Positions 60,531 through 64,000 of a stretch of DNA of 64,000 nucleotides are shown here, piece after piece (within the stretch, counting starts at the first letter, position 1; every line of letters begins with the position of its first letter). The position numbers were made by a program, and so were the translations under genes. This DNA is from Negaprion brevirostris (lineage: Eukaryota), in assembly GCA_030324005.1 (NCBI GenBank), contig JARDVH010000099.1, positions 49,809,120 to 49,873,119 on the forward strand, read 5' to 3'. The notes beneath the pieces were generated by a model. That model searched no databases. It had not been told where the DNA came from and was given only the letters and a program-made list of their open reading frames with translations.

Positions 60531-62615
60531 GGAGATTCAAAATTGATATGGAGGAGAAAGAGGAAGGGGACTGGAAGAGTATGGAGGTGAAGGAGTTATG
60601 GCTGAAATTTCTGTATTTTGTTTTGGAATCCAATCATAATCCCAGAAATAGACAACCTGTTGGTTTGACATCTATAAGCAGAAAAATGTTGAACGTAAAT
60701 CTGATTTTGCAGGGTTTACAATGTTTGTTTGCCACCAGATTCCCTCTGCATCCTTCAGCTCAAAAATTTGGGCTACGTTAATGATATCTTAAATTAAGTA
60801 CAGAAAGAGCAATGGAGAGGGGAGAAATATTGAAATGAGAGGGGGAAAAAGAGAAAGAAAGGAAAGTGTTTTTAAAGAAGGCTTGCATTTAAAAAAAAAT
60901 TAAAACCTGAAGGAATGAGAGCCCACATGCATGATAATTAATGTTCATTGTTAGAGGGATTATTTGGCAAAAATTAGCATTTATCATATCTTCAAAAAGA
61001 TACTTGCGTTTGTCATATCAAGACTTTTTTTTTGTGTACTTCAAACCATTCTTCTTTTAATAGGCAAATTTCTACAAAAATGGAGGCTAAGGGTGAGAAG
61101 TTATTTTCATAAAGCTAACAGTGGAGTCGTGTAACTAGTACTGCAACTTTTGGGCATTCGCATTTAACTTCTCATCTGTTCCCAACCTGAAGTGACTACC
61201 ATTTTCCCAATGATAACAGTGAGCACCATTTAGTCCAGCAAATTCTCACCTGATTGATTTAAAAGGAGCAGCCAATGGAAAAAAAACACTGCACCCATGA
61301 ATTCATGAATAGCAGATGACTCTTATTACTGAAGGATGGCATGCAACTTGCGGAAAAATGCAGTGTGGCGGATGTTATTTTGTTTGATGTTCAGTCTGAA
61401 AGTATCCTTAACATCAAACTTGTGGCTAAACAGAGAGCTTTTGAAATGGAGGGTGTTTCTAAATGGTTACTAATAGGAGATAAATAATTACTTCAGTCAA
61501 TGGCAGAATTTCAAATTGGCCAGCCATGGGTAATGGAATACCACACAGATCAGTCAGGAACAGCCAGATCTCTGATTTTTGTTAGTCTCTGTCTTAATCT
61601 CAATTGTCCTTCTCTTTGTACCCTTAGAGATTGGCAGCCAAAATTAAATGTATGGAAAATAAAGTTACTATTGGGTTGAAAAATATCTAAGCATGACCTA
61701 AAAAGTAAAAGTTGTGGTGGTCTTGTTGTTCAGCAGCCTGTCCCCCAGGTCTCCCACCCACCATATGGTCAGCAAGGGCTCGAGAAGGCCACATGAGCTT
61801 TTCTGTGTGCCTTCGCATTGAGGATATCCAGCAAATAAAAGAACAAGAGCCAGAAAGCCTTAAGTGCTTCAGTTTACTCCCTCCTTCAACACATTTCAAT
61901 GGTGGTGTCTGTCCTGTGTGTTCTGCATACTCGGGGTATGTCAACCCACCATTTGCCACCACAAAGTTCCAGAAATCCAAAAATAGCATTTAAAAAAAAA
62001 ATAGAAAACCAATAACCTGAGTTTGGCTCCTTTCCCTGAATCTTGTGTCAATGGAATGTTCAGTTCCCCCCAGTGTAAGGAAAATTAGCCCTCGTAAAGA
62101 TGAAATTTGGTGTCATTGTACTTATAAAAGTATTATGTAGAATCACTTGTCACTGCATGTGTCCTTGAGTTTGGAAGTCCTCTTGTGTCTGAACCATATC
62201 AGAAGTACTTGGCCTTCATCTTAATGCATGCTTGCACATTCTCCAGCTTCAAAGGTGATATTGGAGATGCACTCTGATACTTGGAGATTTTTCTTTTGAT
62301 TTGCAGTGATTAGAAGAATCTTCACAATCCATTACCAAACATGTATGGTGGGGGTGGAAGAGAAAAATATATTGAATTATTCTTAGAACTGCCATAGGAA
62401 GAAAATCTATTGCTGACTAAGTGCAGTACAAAGTAACAGCAGAACCGAATGAAAATGTTTCATTGATTTCTACAAGCAATGTTTGATACGCAATTATCAC
62501 TCCATGAAATAGAAAAGTAAATGCATTTGTGTTTTTTTCCAACAAATGCTTGTCTCTTTTTGAGAGTAATGAACCTAATTGAATTGAAATAAATTACTCA
62601 TGTAAATGACACTTG

Positions 62616-62885
62616 GAACATAGAACAGTACAGCACAGCACAGGCCTTTCGGCCCTTGATGTTGTGCCAAGCTATGTCCAAACCCAATATCAAGTTATCC
62701 CATTTCCTATCATTCTAGTGTGTTCCATGTACCTATCCAAAAAACGCTTAAGTTCCTAAAGTGTCTGATTCCACTATGCAGGCAGTGCATTCCATATCCC
62801 AACCACTCTGAGTAAAGAAACTACCTCTGACATCCCTCTTATATCTCCCACCATTAACCTTTCTAGTTATGCCCCCTAGTAGCAG
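62616..62885 (-). mobile_element. CR1 LINE 3' end
   Basis: gaacatagaacagtacagcacagcacaggcctttcggccc tail, same subfamily as 53488. Confidence 0.8.
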
Positions 62886-64000
62886 CCACATTCACTTGGT
62901 GGGAATATTTTGAATATTCGATTCATTGAACCTTGTATTCAAATATCTTATGTAAATGATGTTAATTCATTACACAAGTCACCCCATAGTGTAGTCGCAT
63001 GCTGTATTGCCAGATTTGAGTTTTTGACAGTGGGATAATATATCAATTTGGAGCACCAATTCCAGAGACACAGGTCGGTGCACAGACACCAACTAGCAAT
63101 CTCCTTATTCCCCATAGGAAGCAAGGGAAATTTGGGCATATTAATCCATGAGCTGCTGTTCCATGCCATTTCAGAACTATATTAGTATCAGCTAATAACA
63201 GCTATCCTACTTGACCTTCTTTGTTGCCTATAGGGGGATGCTTGGGGTGAATGTGGGGTGGGCACATGGAGGAATTTTAAAAATCAAGGGTGACCATCAT
63301 CTAGCAAAGCCTCAGGATTATGAAAACCACTCTGTTCCTGCATGCATGCTTTCTTGGAAAATGAGTGAGCACGCGAATTGCAGATAGCCTCGCATTTCCA
63401 GTATTTAGAGTTGATATCTAACAATTTGACTTATGCCATGCCAATAATTGCCATGAAGTACCAAGTCAGCACCCCTCTTGCACTCTCATGGTGGTTGTGA
63501 AGCTACTTGCAAACATATGTATAACCAGGTTTGAGATTGTTGCATGCTGTGTGTACTGTTGGTGCAAAGTGATTCCAAGGAAGTCAGTCCAGGATACATG
63601 GTCAATACCCGGACTACTATTTAAAAAGTGCGTCATTGTAGTAACAGGCAGCACTTGATTTGTGCTAGTAAGCAAGTGGAAACATTGATGTGCATAGGAT
63701 CCTGAAGAATTGTACTGGGATTTTTCTCCTTTTGAGAAGAGAAAGTTGAGAAGATTTGATCGAGGTGTTTGAGAGGGCTGGACAGAATTGTATTAAACTG
63801 GAGTTGGACAAGGCTACTCTACAAAACACGCAAATGTGCATTTTGCCTTGTGTTTACAATCGAGTCATCTGAATGCAGCACCACAATTGGAGTATCCTGC
63901 AAATAAAGCACACAAATCCCCAAATAATTCCATACAAATATTAGAATGCAACTTTTCTGTTTGCCTTATACAACCTAGCATGTTTTCCACTTGTCGATGG

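Noticed and set aside
61950-61990. ICHHKVPEIQK* resembling the PROX1 C-terminal ICKLDSEVPEIFK
   Set aside because: There is no upstream VPERFLEV...WKKAIYKV match, the spacing is wrong and it stops early. This is chance similarity; the last exon is outside the window.
1-64000. CRISPR arrays, operons or other prokaryotic/viral systems
   Set aside because: The window is spliced, repeat-rich vertebrate DNA with no regularly spaced repeat-spacer array and no dense coding.

Overview
This is vertebrate genomic DNA, almost certainly from a shark/elasmobranch (HE1-type tRNA SINEs, CR1/HER1-like LINEs, Penelope-derived hairpin repeats). It comes from a draft assembly with many N gaps, several exactly 100 N. 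The window holds one protein-coding gene, PROX1 (prospero homeobox 1), on the + strand. Its CpG-island promoter lies at ~24.9-25.3 kb, followed by non-coding exon 1 (to 25501), large exon 2 (30679-32560, ATG 30746), exon 3 (43158-43265) and exon 4 (57214-57408); the last coding exon lies beyond the window. Intron 2 is a minor-spliceosome U12 AT-AC intron. A 3-codon uORF in strong Kozak context sits 10 nt upstream of the PROX1 ATG. The rest is transposon debris (SINEs, CR1, Rex/Babar, Harbinger and hAT fossils, MITEs), Penelope-like repeats with minimal hammerhead ribozyme cores, and repeat-free motif-dense blocks that are candidate conserved enhancers. One of these is a GATA/FOX/NFAT cluster ~11 kb upstream of exon 1. 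Nearly all other ORFs in the track are spurious. I found no wholly new biological system; the best leads are regulatory (uORF, U12 read-through isoform, enhancer, ribozymes).
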